DNA of 64,000 nt. Source: Nibricoccus sp. Its GTDB lineage: Bacteria; Verrucomicrobiota; Verrucomicrobiia; Opitutales; Opitutaceae. The stretch covers positions 864,001 through 928,000 of the forward strand of contig JASGHG010000001.1 of the NCBI GenBank assembly GCA_047602425.1, written 5' to 3'. Below are positions 10,122-20,499 of this stretch, piece by piece (position 1 is the stretch's first letter; the number at the start of each line of letters is the position of its first letter). The position numbers were made by a program, and so were the translations under genes. The notes below the pieces were generated by a model, which ran no database searches, was not told the origin of the DNA, and saw only the letters and a program-made list of their open reading frames with translations.

Positions 10122-11468
10122 TCACAACTGCGAGCGAAAGAGCCCGCAGACCTGATCGAACGCTTTCACGAAGATCGACCGGTCGTCGTACTCTTCAAAC
10201 CGAAGAACGCGGGATTTTTGGCGGTCCGCTTCGAACGTTTTCGTCAGATCGCGCACAAAATCGCGGTCGAGCACGTTGATATTAGCTTCGTCGTTGATGG
10301 CGAAAGAGCGATTGTCGAAATTGACCGAACCCACCGTCGCAAATACGTCGTCCACGATCATCACTTTGCAATGATACATCGCTGGTTCGTAGAGGTAGAA
10401 CTCCACGCCGGCTTTGAGCAGTTCGCCCCAGCGGGAGCGCGCGGCGGCGCGGCCGATGCGCGAATCGTTGGTGGCCGGCACGACGACCTGAATCGTCACA
10501 CCGCGTTTGCGGGCGGCCAGCAGCATGTCGATGGCGAGTTGATCGGGTACAAAGTACGCATGGGAAATGCGGATCATTTTTCGCGCCGAAGCGATGGCCA
10601 TCAGGTACGAGATGCGCGCGTTTTCCGGATCTTCGTTGGGACCGCTCTTGAAGCATTGTACGGCGGCGGAACCGGAACCCTTTGTCTGCGGGAAATAGTG
10701 ATCGCCGACCAGAAGCGTTGACGTGGTTTGCAACCAGTTTGTCGCGAAGATCGCCTGCATCTGCCGCACAGCCGGCCCTTCAAGCTTCACCTGCGTTTCG
10801 CGCCAGACTTTTTTCGATTCTGCGTTGCCGAGCCAGTGATCGTCGATGCACACACCGCCCGTGAACGCCACGCGGCCGTCGATGATCAGGAGTTTTCGGT
10901 GCGTGCGATGGTTCACGTTGGGTTTGATGTCATACCAATGCTCGCGTCCGTACTTAAGCAGTTCGACGCCCGCTTCCTTCAGACGCGTTTTGTCGGAGTG
11001 GCTTAGCTTGAGCGCTCCCATGCCGTCGACCAAAGCGGTGATTTTTACGCCCTGCCGCGCACGGTCGGTGAGCGCGTCGATGATCAGGTCGCTCGCACGC
11101 CCGGACGCCCAAATGTACGTCTCCAATGTGATGGTGTACTTCGCCTCGTGAATCGCTTTCACCATCGCGGGAAAAATTTCATCGCCGTTGACGAGCACTT
11201 GCAGCCGGTTGCCCGCCGTAAATTCCGCCCCGAGCAAGGGACCAAGCGATGATGCGAAAACCGGGTCGGAGGGCCCGTAGGAAACTTCGATTGGCTCGCC
11301 GAGCACGCGCGCCGTCGTCGCCCAGAAATAGACGCCCATCAGGACAAAACCACCGATGAGAACCCATTTCAGCCACGTCTCCCGCTCGCGATTCGGACGT
11401 CGGGACGAGCGGGGCCGCTCCTTGCGCGAATGACGAAAGACGCGGAATTTTTCGAGGAGACCAGTCAT
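10122..11468 (-). CDS. cls: Cardiolipin synthase / phospholipase D family
   Basis: Two HKD motifs (HRKLLIID, HCKVMIVD), 'GSVNFDNRS'. Confidence 0.88.
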   Translation of the reverse strand: MTGLLEKFRVFRHSRKERPRSSRRPNRERETWLKWVLIGGFVLMGVYFWATTARVLGEPIEVSYGPSDPVFASSLGPLLGAEFTAGNRLQVLVNGDEIFPAMVKAIHEAKYTITLETYIWASGRASDLIIDALTDRARQGVKITALVDGMGALKLSHSDKTRLKEAGVELLKYGREHWYDIKPNVNHRTHRKLLIIDGRVAFTGGVCIDDHWLGNAESKKVWRETQVKLEGPAVRQMQAIFATNWLQTTSTLLVGDHYFPQTKGSGSAAVQCFKSGPNEDPENARISYLMAIASARKMIRISHAYFVPDQLAIDMLLAARKRGVTIQVVVPATNDSRIGRAAARSRWGELLKAGVEFYLYEPAMYHCKVMIVDDVFATVGSVNFDNRSFAINDEANINVLDRDFVRDLTKTFEADRQKSRVLRFEEYDDRSIFVKAFDQVCGLFRSQL

Positions 11469-11628
11469 GCTGAGGGGTTAAAAAGGGTTCAGCGGGCGCC
11501 GGCGTGAGGGACCGAGGCCCGGAGATGCAGTTCCGCCCGCAGCCCGCGTTACCTATCGGAAAAATTGCGGTCCGAACAATGGGTCGCTTCACCGCAAAGC
11601 GGGAGCCCTCTCGAGCCAACCTTTTCCC

Positions 11629-12309
11629 ATGCCTTTTTCGTTCCCGTGGTTTACCCGATTAAAGATCCTCCTTCCGCGCTGGTGGTTGTGGCTGCTCGTG
11701 CTGGTTGCGATCAGCGTCGGGAGTATTGTGTTGCTTCGACTTTATCCCGTCGACTGGCGGGCGGTCCGCGAGTGGCTGGTGAGTTTCGATGGGGTCACGA
11801 TGATCGCGTTGATGGCCCTTCTGCCCATCGGCGGGTTTTCGATCGGGATCGTGTATTTGGTCGCTGGCGCAAGGTTCGGCCCCTTCTGGGCCGGTGTGAT
11901 CATCGCGGGAATCACCGCCGTTCATCTGCTGGCGTCGCACGCCATCAGCCGAAGCGTGTTGCGCGCACCGCTGCAACGGCTGTTCGAACGGCGTGGACAC
12001 AAATTACCTGTACCCAAGCGCGACACGCATCGCTCCATCGCCGCGATTGCGGCGCTCGCGCCAGGTCCGCCCTACTTCGTACGCAACTATCTGCTCGGAC
12101 TCAGCGGCATTCCCCTGCGCGTGTACTTTTGGATCTGTCTGCCGATTTATGTGGCGCGGTCTTACGTCACCATTCTGCTTGGCGATCTCACCGACGATCC
12201 GAACTCCCGACAAATATCCATCCTTATCGCCGTCTACCTCGTCAAACTCGCGCTCTGCGCGCTGCTGGTCCGGCATCTCGCCCACACGCGCGAACCCGCA
12301 GCGAACTGA
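11629..12309 (+). CDS. VTT/DedA-like (TVP38/TMEM64) membrane protein
   Basis: Hydrophobic; 'AGARFG', 'PGPPYFVRNYLLGLS'. Confidence 0.75.
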   Translation: MPFSFPWFTRLKILLPRWWLWLLVLVAISVGSIVLLRLYPVDWRAVREWLVSFDGVTMIALMALLPIGGFSIGIVYLVAGARFGPFWAGVIIAGITAVHLLASHAISRSVLRAPLQRLFERRGHKLPVPKRDTHRSIAAIAALAPGPPYFVRNYLLGLSGIPLRVYFWICLPIYVARSYVTILLGDLTDDPNSRQISILIAVYLVKLALCALLVRHLAHTREPAAN

Positions 12310-12452
12310 AGGGCGTTGGTTCGTAGCCGAACCACTTTAAAACAACCACCCAGAGCCCGCAAAGAACGAGGCTCTGCGATCCGAAGGCAGGACAGATCTA
12401 TCACGGTCGAACCAATGCGCTGAGGTCAACGCGTTCCGTCTACAATGGGTTC

Positions 12453-12848
12453 TTACCCTGCTTTTTTCGGCAGCCGAAACGCAATGGGGACCACCATGCG
12501 CGTTGAGATCGGACGTCCCCTCATGAGTGCCGGCGAAAACTTCCATTTCCGCACTGCCTCGAGGGCCGGTTCTTCGAAAATTTCGTGCTGGCTGAAAAAC
12601 GCCCGTGCTTTCACCACTTCGCCTTTCGCATTCACCACAAAAGCCACGTAAATTTCGTCCTCCAGGTTTTCAGAAAGCGCTTGGGGAGGATAGACAGGTT
12701 CGACCCGCTGGGTGAGCACGGGTTGCTGCACCGTCGGATCGGGCGTGGCTTCCGGCGGCCAAGGCTGCGGCATCTTCTCCTGACAATAGCCGTAACCCGC
12801 TGCGAAGAGAGCAATTACAATAAAAAGAACCAATTTCGTGCGCTTTAT
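12453..12848 (-). CDS. TonB C-terminal domain protein (start uncertain; no in-frame ATG, ATA/TTG candidates)
   Basis: 'PVYPPQA', 'FVVNAKGEV', 'ALEAVRKWKFSPA...VPIAF'. Confidence 0.75.
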   Translation of the reverse strand: MKRTKLVLFIVIALFAAGYGYCQEKMPQPWPPEATPDPTVQQPVLTQRVEPVYPPQALSENLEDEIYVAFVVNAKGEVVKARAFFSQHEIFEEPALEAVRKWKFSPALMRGRPISTRMVVPIAFRLPKKAG

Positions 12849-12876
12849 GGGATGTGAAAATAAATCTTTGTCGTCT

Positions 12877-14526
12877 TCACGGCACCTTGAGCAAGTCTGG
12901 ATTAGCCGCGCGTTGGAGGTGTTTCTCGATAAGCGCGACGGTTTCTGGTGTGCCATTAAAGACCAGCAGTCGTTCGATAAAATCGCTCGCATCCAACGTA
13001 TCGCCCGCGCCTGCCATGATCTCGATTTGCCCGGCTGCCCAACCGACAAAACCCTGTCGACGCGCCTGCCTGACGGCTTCGTCGACATCGACGGCGTGGG
13101 CGCTCTGCACCATGTGCTCCCACGCCGATTTTGTCTCCGAATAAGGCATTGCCTTCGCCAGATCGACATAACGACGCTCCTTGAGAAGCGGGGCTCTCAA
13201 TGTATCGATGATATGGTTGCGGCGCGGATCGCCGGTTTCCAATGAATCGAACAAGGCCCGCGTCCTCTGATTCTCGCCCAACACGCGGTTGATCTGGCCG
13301 AACTCTTTGCCCAGATCCAAATCGTTCGCGCCCTCCTTAAGCTTTGTTTCGGCCGCATCGCGCCGGAGCCGCAACGCTTCCAGCGCCTGAGGATAACTTT
13401 TCCCCAACGCCACGATACCGTCCAAGACTGCGGTGTGGCGCGTGATGAAGTAGCCGGACACCTGACGCGTGCCGATGTCGTAACACCAGAGAAATTCCCG
13501 CAGCGCTTCTTCGTGACGGCCCTCCTCGGCCAGCTTCCTGGCATGCTTCAAACGAGCATCGACCATTTCGCGGGTAATCGCCTCCGGCGCACGCAAAGTT
13601 TGCGCGCTGTTCGACGTGAGTTTCTCCGCCGGCTCATCCGCGTGGACGCGGTCCGTCCTCGTTTGCGCGAGTTCTTTTTCCAAGTGCGCGACTTTCTCCA
13701 CCAATTCCGCTTCGCGACGCGATGACTCCGCGAGCTTGGCGCGTTCCGTTTCATGCTGCCGGTGTTGCTGCACTGCCACACTCAGAGCCACCACCGCGGC
13801 AACTGTTGTGGCTGCTACAAAGATTTTTGTTTTCGTCATAAGTTCTAGAAGGGTGAAAACCGAAACTCCGCTCCCGGTCGCCACGCCTGCCGCCAGCGCT
13901 GCTCCGGAAACCTGCTGTGCCAGCGCCGCCGGAGCAGCGTGTGTCGCAGGGATCGCCAGCGCGCCGGCCAGCGCCGCGGCCGTGGAAACCACACCGCGCT
14001 TCGAAAGCGCACCGTGCAGCTTTTCCAACGCACGTTCCACACACATCCGCGTGGCATTCTCGCTCAACCGCAACGCCTCGCCCACCTGGGCGTAGGTTCG
14101 GTTTTCGAAGAAACGCAGCAGAATCGCCTCGCGATCCCGCGGCTTCAATTCACCGAACGCGTCGTCGATGACCGGCCGCAGTCGGTTCCATTCCGTGTCG
14201 TTTGCGGGAGGTTCGGCTTCCTTCATGGCATAGGCCCTCTGCTCGCGCACCCGCCGGCGCGACTCGGCCCGCCGGTGCTCGCGCGCGGCCAATTGCGTCG
14301 CCGTGTACAACCAGCCCGTCAGTGCGGTGTGATGTTTCAACAACGACGCCTTGCGCACCAGGGAAGTGAAAACATTCTGCGCCACCTCCTCGGCCGCGTG
14401 CGTGTCTCCCCCCATCTGTCGCAACGCCGCGTGATAAACCAAGTCCACGTGCCGTTTCACCAGTTCCGTGAAGGCGGCTTCGGAACGTTCATCGATGTAA
14501 GAGCGAAGAAGTGAGGCGTCGTCCAT
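12877..14526 (-). CDS. ECF sigma-70 factor with TM, coiled-coil and helical-repeat C-terminal extension
   Basis: 'DDASLLRSY...AAFTELVKRHVDLVY', 'DREAILLRFFE', 'RALEKL', TM near residue 240. Confidence 0.88.
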   Translation of the reverse strand: MDDASLLRSYIDERSEAAFTELVKRHVDLVYHAALRQMGGDTHAAEEVAQNVFTSLVRKASLLKHHTALTGWLYTATQLAAREHRRAESRRRVREQRAYAMKEAEPPANDTEWNRLRPVIDDAFGELKPRDREAILLRFFENRTYAQVGEALRLSENATRMCVERALEKLHGALSKRGVVSTAAALAGALAIPATHAAPAALAQQVSGAALAAGVATGSGVSVFTLLELMTKTKIFVAATTVAAVVALSVAVQQHRQHETERAKLAESSRREAELVEKVAHLEKELAQTRTDRVHADEPAEKLTSNSAQTLRAPEAITREMVDARLKHARKLAEEGRHEEALREFLWCYDIGTRQVSGYFITRHTAVLDGIVALGKSYPQALEALRLRRDAAETKLKEGANDLDLGKEFGQINRVLGENQRTRALFDSLETGDPRRNHIIDTLRAPLLKERRYVDLAKAMPYSETKSAWEHMVQSAHAVDVDEAVRQARRQGFVGWAAGQIEIMAGAGDTLDASDFIERLLVFNGTPETVALIEKHLQRAANPDLLKVP

Positions 14527-14693
14527 TTGTTGGCTCACTCCATAACGGCCACGGATCAAAAAAACCGCACAAAATTTCAAAATTTCTGAACGCCTTCATT
14601 TCCTGCCGTGCAGAACCATGGCGAAGAGATAACACAAAACGCACGCCAGCTCCAAGGCGGCTCGACCCTCTTCCGCGTCTCCGCCTATTCCGC

Positions 14694-14936
14694 TTACAAA
14701 CGAAGATTCTTCACCTCGATCAGCCCGTTTAGCATCAGGACGACCGACTGCACCATTGGGCATGGTGGACAGGAAAAACGCACGCGATCGCGGATGTAAG
14801 CGATATCGTCGACCGACAATTTCTTCATCTCGTCATTGATCTCCCGCAACAGCGCCTCATCGCGCATATCCTGAGGCCCTGCCGCCAACCGGCGCAGCGC
14901 CGCACGAACGCGAGGAGTGAGTGAATGACGATTCAT
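14694..14936 (-). CDS. Small hypothetical protein
   Basis: 80-aa ATG ORF filling an intergenic gap. Confidence 0.45.
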   Translation of the reverse strand: MNRHSLTPRVRAALRRLAAGPQDMRDEALLREINDEMKKLSVDDIAYIRDRVRFSCPPCPMVQSVVLMLNGLIEVKNLRL

Positions 14937-15145
14937 GACGAAAGTAGCTCAAAAAAGCTGCACACCTCGCCCCAAATTTCCAGCCTCATGCCAGCCTTTT
15001 CAGGCAACGGCTTGAGCCAAGATGTGTTCTATAGGGAACGGCACTTCATCGGCGAAGTTAATTTGAACCACAGGATCAGCGAATTCATCCTCTTTTCATC
15101 TGAACTTCACAAAGACTTCATCGGCGGCGGTTATGGTTCTAGCCT

Positions 15146-15862
15146 ATGGTTACAACTCGTTCATTCGCGGCCTTAGGCGCGTTACTCGCACTCGGGCTGG
15201 CTGTCTTTGGTTTTCAAATTGGCGCGGCGGTTAAAAAGGGTCGTGAGTTCGACCGCTACTTTACCGTGCGCGGTCTCTCCGAGCGCGAGGTCAAAGCCAC
15301 CTTGGTGATTTGGCCGGTGAAATACAATGTGTCGGCCGATGATCTGCCCATGTTGCGGACGGAAATGGACAACGCCAAAAAAGTGGTGCTGCAATTTCTC
15401 GAAGAAAACAATGTGGCTCTCGACGAATGTTCGTTTGGGCTCCCGAGGATTCAAGATCACGCCGGTGAATACGGGAGGCGCGAAGACGACAAAATCAAGC
15501 TGCCTCGGTACAGCGCTTCCATGACACTCGTGGTGCGAAGTCAGCAAGTGGACTTGGTGAAGAAAGCCGTGCAGAAATCGGAGGAGCTGGTCTCGAAAGG
15601 GCTCCCACTGACAACGGAAGAGTACGGCCGCAGCATCGAATTTTCCTTCGATGGGATCAACACGATCAAGCCAGCCATGATCGAAGAGGCCACCGCCAAT
15701 GCACGCGCGGCCGCGGAAAAATTCGCTCAGGATTCGAAAGCAAAAGTCGGCCGCATCCGCAAAGCGACGCAAGGAGTCGTCGAGATCGAAGACCGCGACA
15801 TGGCCTCGCCTGAACTCAAAGTCATCCGCGTCGTGACCACGATCGAATTTTTTATCGAGTAA
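15146..15862 (+). CDS. SIMPL (DUF541) domain protein
   Basis: 'TVRGLSEREVKA', 'IKPAMIEEATANARAAAEKFAQDS...RVVTTIEF'. Confidence 0.88.
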   Translation: MVTTRSFAALGALLALGLAVFGFQIGAAVKKGREFDRYFTVRGLSEREVKATLVIWPVKYNVSADDLPMLRTEMDNAKKVVLQFLEENNVALDECSFGLPRIQDHAGEYGRREDDKIKLPRYSASMTLVVRSQQVDLVKKAVQKSEELVSKGLPLTTEEYGRSIEFSFDGINTIKPAMIEEATANARAAAEKFAQDSKAKVGRIRKATQGVVEIEDRDMASPELKVIRVVTTIEFFIE

Positions 15863-16080
15863 AGTCTCCCGGCTCGGTTGGGCAAACAGCAGCGAAGTCT
15901 GTACCGCGTTAAAAAGGCCGCGCAGCCAAGGATGGTTGGTCGAATGGCTCCGTGCAGGTCTCTGGTGCGTACACGCCGAGCAGTCCCTAACCTTGCTCAC
16001 ATTCAATGGAGCCTGCAGAGGAAGGCGCCAGTATGCCTCTAGGCAAGGGAACCTTTTTGATTTCGTCCGGTTCAAGAAGG

Positions 16081-16920
16081 ATGCGCCTTCCCCTCAAACT
16101 GCTTGGCAAACTGGTTGTGTTACTCGCGGGATGCTCTGGGATTGCGATCGCGAAAGTTCAGACACCGACAGCGGTGGCGACCGAGCAGCCGTCGTTGCTC
16201 GCTGCGGCGTTCGATGCCTTTCTGGCGAGTCAGGGCCGGTGGGCCTACGTCGAAACACACACCAGTATTGGCTCCAACGGAAAGCGAACGAGCGAGTCGG
16301 TCCTCCGCATCGACCCTTCGCTGCCCTATGCCCAACAAACCGTCCCGCTCAAGCTGAACGGCCAGCCCCCGACGGAGAAACAGCTCAAAGACTGGGCCGC
16401 GCACAACGAGGAAGTCGCGCGGCGGCGCAGTGAAAATGCAAATCGACAAAGCAGCCCCGAAAACAAGGAAGAGTTCCGCCTACGCGTCGGCAAGGACGAC
16501 GTCACACCCCTACTCGACCGTGCGAGCATCATTGCGGAAGACAATGCGACGGTGACCTATCTTGTCCCTATGCGCTTGGTTGGCCGCGTCGATGCACCGC
16601 TCTTCGAAACCTTTCAACTCACTGCGCGTGTGAACAAACAGCAGCAGCAATTCGAACACGCCACCTTGCGACAGCAAAAACCTTACAAGATCGCAGCCGG
16701 CACCTACTCGGATGGAGTGATCGAAATCGAATTCGCGCAACCCGACGCGCAGTTCCCCGCCACACCGACAAAGCGCACCCTCATTCAAACTAACAAGCCG
16801 CTGTTCGGAAAAGCGCACTCGATGCACGAGGTGATCGAGCGGACGGATTTCCGACACGTGACACCCTACGATGAGCGCTTCGGCGTGAAATTCGGCACGC
16901 TCCGGACGTTGCAATTTTGA
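16081..16920 (+). CDS. Exported hypothetical protein
   Basis: Signal-peptide-like N-terminus; beta-rich body. Confidence 0.65.
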   Translation: MRLPLKLLGKLVVLLAGCSGIAIAKVQTPTAVATEQPSLLAAAFDAFLASQGRWAYVETHTSIGSNGKRTSESVLRIDPSLPYAQQTVPLKLNGQPPTEKQLKDWAAHNEEVARRRSENANRQSSPENKEEFRLRVGKDDVTPLLDRASIIAEDNATVTYLVPMRLVGRVDAPLFETFQLTARVNKQQQQFEHATLRQQKPYKIAAGTYSDGVIEIEFAQPDAQFPATPTKRTLIQTNKPLFGKAHSMHEVIERTDFRHVTPYDERFGVKFGTLRTLQF

Positions 16921-17084
16921 GCTGGGAAATCGAGCTACGAATTTCCTCGCGCCGGCTCACAGGGTCGAACCACTTCCAAGGTGGAGCTAAGCGTCGCGGC
17001 CCGCTGAATGGCAATGTGGCAATACGACGCCCAATAACCGGCGACCTCGCTCCAGGCGCACCGGGGACATCGCATACCTACCAC

Positions 17085-17432
17085 CTAGGCGACGGGTGGC
17101 GGAGCACTTCGTCGGAGCGATGCGGCGACCAGCGCTTTCTCATGACGAGCCCGGCGGATCTCGAAGCGCTTTTGCGCCACGTATCTGGCACTATAATGAC
17201 CCATTGCGCCGAGCCATTCAGCCATAATCTTGCTCGCTTTAAGAGTCGCCCGCCAAATCGTCATCAGATGACTTTTTTTTAGTACGGGGACAAAGAGGGA
17301 GAGGCAAAAGAGAAACGTGAAAACCACGAACGGGACGACGCTCCACCCGTTCTCAGTTTCGGTCCAAACAGCGATTCCGCCCAAAAGGGAGATAATCGCG
17401 AGAAGAAGCATCAGGATGGGATTTAAAATCAT
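17085..17432 (-). CDS. Small 2-TM hypothetical protein
   Basis: Two hydrophobic helices at the N-terminus; C-terminal half doubtful. Confidence 0.35.
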   Translation of the reverse strand: MILNPILMLLLAIISLLGGIAVWTETENGWSVVPFVVFTFLFCLSLFVPVLKKSHLMTIWRATLKASKIMAEWLGAMGHYSARYVAQKRFEIRRARHEKALVAASLRRSAPPPVA

Positions 17433-17638
17433 GGTGAACGAAGACTCGTCAATGTATTCAGGTTACGAGCACGCGCTATGGGGGATTTCACCGTTGATGA
17501 GCTAGGACGGATTTCCAGTTCGGAGAGCCACCGATCCTTTTACACAGAACCAAAACCGCCAGCGCGAAAGACCAGTCAAGCGCCTGACTTTCCCTTTCCC
17601 ATCATGAGCAACGGAAATCGCCGCCGGTCGCAGGCAGA

Positions 17639-18313
17639 TCAGCGCGCGGCGTTGATTTTTTCGACCAACGCGATTTTGGCGGCTGAATCGTTCCCGAGCA
17701 TGACCGTCCGGTCGTTCTCGGAAGCGCGCCGCATCTCCACGAACACGCGGCTGGTCGCGCCAGGATCGGGCACGGCTGGCGAAATGAACCAGCCCACGCC
17801 GTTGTCGACGGAGCCCGCGCCATTCGTGCGGAACCGAACCGCTCCAAATCCGGAAAGTTCGTTGGTCTTGGTTTGAAATTCATTGCCGCTCCAAAGGTAG
17901 ATGAGTTGCATGGTCTCGTCGTCGATCCACGCCTTGTAGCTCGTCCATTCCGCCGCGGGTTTGCCTTCCTTCGAATAAGCGTCGCCGACCAGGGTGAGCG
18001 CACCGGTTTTCGGCGAATGCTGCACACGGACAAAACTCAGCGAGATGTTGTCCTTGCCCGTGACGAGTTCCCACCAGCAGCCCTCGATCATTTTGGCTTC
18101 CTCCGATACCTGACCGCCAAAAAAAGAGGCCGACTTGAACAACGCGATCACCGCCCCGATGACTTCCAAAATGAGCGCGCTAAAAAGAGTGTTCAGATAT
18201 CCGTCGCGAATCGTGATGACGTTGGTGATGCCCAGCAAAGTCGTGACAGCCGTAGCCACGAAAATTGTGATGAACACGATGAACAGTACGCTGCGGTAGG
18301 TGGTGGCAGTCAT
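17639..18313 (-). CDS. 2-TM membrane protein with a beta-rich C-terminal domain
   Basis: Two N-terminal TM helices, then 'IEGCWWE' and alternating beta strands. Confidence 0.7.
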   Translation of the reverse strand: MTATTYRSVLFIVFITIFVATAVTTLLGITNVITIRDGYLNTLFSALILEVIGAVIALFKSASFFGGQVSEEAKMIEGCWWELVTGKDNISLSFVRVQHSPKTGALTLVGDAYSKEGKPAAEWTSYKAWIDDETMQLIYLWSGNEFQTKTNELSGFGAVRFRTNGAGSVDNGVGWFISPAVPDPGATSRVFVEMRRASENDRTVMLGNDSAAKIALVEKINAAR

Positions 18314-18528
18314 GCGTCGTCCCGCAAGCTATGCGTGACCGATGGAAATGAAAGAATTCTTTTTGGGGCTGAGGGTTGCCAGGACGAATCAGGAACGCCT
18401 CCGCCCCTCGTAAAACAGGAATCGAACCCTTGATACAATAATAGCGCCGGTCTTGAAAAAGCTGTAATTCGAACCGCCGCCCCACTCCGAATTTGCGCAA
18501 CCCGAGGGCCTTGGATGTAGATCGAGTA

Positions 18529-20478
18529 ATGCAGTATGGGAATATATTATCGGTCTTTCGCTTTTGCGTACTTGGGACGGTTCTCCTGCCGCTGATCAAA
18601 CCGCTTCCCGGTGCCACTTCCGTCAGCCAATATGGCATCACTTGGACGTTTAACGGCGACTACGTCGTGGGGCAGTATTGCAACGGAGACTACTATGTGG
18701 TCGCTCCTTCCGGGCTCACGATCACGAGCATCAACCCTGCTTCCACGCTGGTGGCCGGACGCACGCGACATGGCAGCATGGTCAATCCCAACGCGGCGGA
18801 ATACCCGCTGAACGGTTTCGACTCCACTCTCCCCAACTATTCCGCGGCGGTCAATGCAGCCCGGCCCGGCGGCAACGATCTTTCCGCCGGAAATCCCTTG
18901 GTTCTACCCACCGGTTCGTCGCTCATCTCTAGCATCACCGTGGAAGCGGCGGCGGCGCGCCCTCAACTCAGCGATGCCGCCGTTTTGACCGTGGTATCGT
19001 CCGCACCTCCGGCCGGCTCCTTTCGTCCACCGTATACGGGCGCGGATAAAACACCTTATTGGAACAAAGCCTCGCTGAACTATTCCATCCTGCGTTCGCT
19101 GGCGCCCGTCGCGGGTTCGGTAACTTCGCTCGATGCAACCGCCGCAAGCTTTCAACGCCCATGGATTGAAATCTGCACGTCCTACAACGGCCGCGAATGG
19201 CATCCCAGCAATAACCAGCCCATATACGGAAGAGACATGGCTTATGCGCTGGGTGGAGGCGTGCTCAACCTGCACCTCAACTTCTCGAACGCGCAAAAGG
19301 AACCGGCGTTCGTCAACATCGTCCAATATGGCATCGATGTGTACGGCGCCGCGAAAACCGGAGGCGACTGGCATGCCAATGGCGGACACAGTTCGGGACG
19401 CAAACTCGCGCTGGTGCTCGCCGGCCTGGCGCTCAACGACACAAACCTGCTTTGGTACGCCAATAAAACCAATTTCTACACCCCAAGAGGTTTTCAGGAA
19501 GACCAACAGGTTTTCACGGTGGCGGCGGCCGATGTCGGCAAGGCGGTGTACGATCAATTTATTTCCCAAGGCCGGCTGCGGATGACCTACACCAGCAGCA
19601 TGGTGGGCCTGCCCGAGTGGGGCATTACCCACATCGATTCGCCTGGCACCTACGATGCCTCCAACTGGTCGGCCATCTATCGCTCGGTCAATTCGGACAA
19701 CTACGCAATCATGGCCCTCGCGGCCGGTTTGACGGTGGGCGGCTATTCGGCCTGGAACAATACGCAGTTTTTCGCTTACGCAGATCGTGTGGCCCACATC
19801 GACGGTCCCAACAGCTTCGCCAGCGGAGCGATGTGGACCGCTTATCGCGCCCTCAGCGCAGCCCCCGTCTGGCAACCGGTCGCGCCCGTTCCCACGCCGG
19901 CCTTCGTGACGGTGTCGGGCGATAAAATCAGCCTCGGCTTCACCTGCCCGATTGCAATCGGTTCGGGTGGCGCCTCCGGAATCGCGATCACCGCCAGCGG
20001 CGGCCCGGTCACCCTGGTCGGCAGTCCTTCGGACGGCACGGATCCGCAATTCCCCACGGACCTTGAAAAAGCCTGGACGCTTTCGCGCACGATCCTCGCC
20101 GGCGAGACCCTGACCGTTTCCTACACCCAACCCGGAAATGGTTTGAAATGCGCGGAAGACGGTTCAGCCGTCGCATCTTTCACCAATATTCCCGTCATCG
20201 TCTATAGCACGCAGGGTTCGAGTGGCTCGTCATCCAGTAGCAGTTCCAGTTCGTCGAGTAGCAGTAGTTCGAGTTCGAGCAGCAGTTCCTCCAGTTCATC
20301 CTCAAGCAGCAGCTCGAGTTCGTCGTCGAGCTCCAGCGGCAGCGCTTCACCGGGCAACAGCTCAGGCGGTGGAGGCGGCGCGCCAAGCGCCTTCTTCTTC
20401 CTCGCCTTCGCTGCTGCGGCGTGCCTTCGGATGTTCCATTCTCCGAATGCGGCGAACTTGAAGCTTCCGAACGGCTGA
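18529..20478 (+). CDS. Large secreted protein with poly-Ser linker and GGGGGAPS-hydrophobic C-terminal tail
   Basis: Signal peptide, 'VSQYGITWTF', about 40 Ser, 'GGGGGAPSAFFFLAFAAAACLR'. Confidence 0.8.
   Translation: MQYGNILSVFRFCVLGTVLLPLIKPLPGATSVSQYGITWTFNGDYVVGQYCNGDYYVVAPSGLTITSINPASTLVAGRTRHGSMVNPNAAEYPLNGFDSTLPNYSAAVNAARPGGNDLSAGNPLVLPTGSSLISSITVEAAAARPQLSDAAVLTVVSSAPPAGSFRPPYTGADKTPYWNKASLNYSILRSLAPVAGSVTSLDATAASFQRPWIEICTSYNGREWHPSNNQPIYGRDMAYALGGGVLNLHLNFSNAQKEPAFVNIVQYGIDVYGAAKTGGDWHANGGHSSGRKLALVLAGLALNDTNLLWYANKTNFYTPRGFQEDQQVFTVAAADVGKAVYDQFISQGRLRMTYTSSMVGLPEWGITHIDSPGTYDASNWSAIYRSVNSDNYAIMALAAGLTVGGYSAWNNTQFFAYADRVAHIDGPNSFASGAMWTAYRALSAAPVWQPVAPVPTPAFVTVSGDKISLGFTCPIAIGSGGASGIAITASGGPVTLVGSPSDGTDPQFPTDLEKAWTLSRTILAGETLTVSYTQPGNGLKCAEDGSAVASFTNIPVIVYSTQGSSGSSSSSSSSSSSSSSSSSSSSSSSSSSSSSSSSSSSSSGSASPGNSSGGGGGAPSAFFFLAFAAAACLRMFHSPNAANLKLPNG
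20218..20337 (+). repeat. Coding poly-serine tract
   Basis: Mixed tcg/agt/agc/tcc/tca codons in frame. Confidence 0.9.
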
Positions 20479-20499
20479 AGGTGGCAGGCGGTTCGGCAT

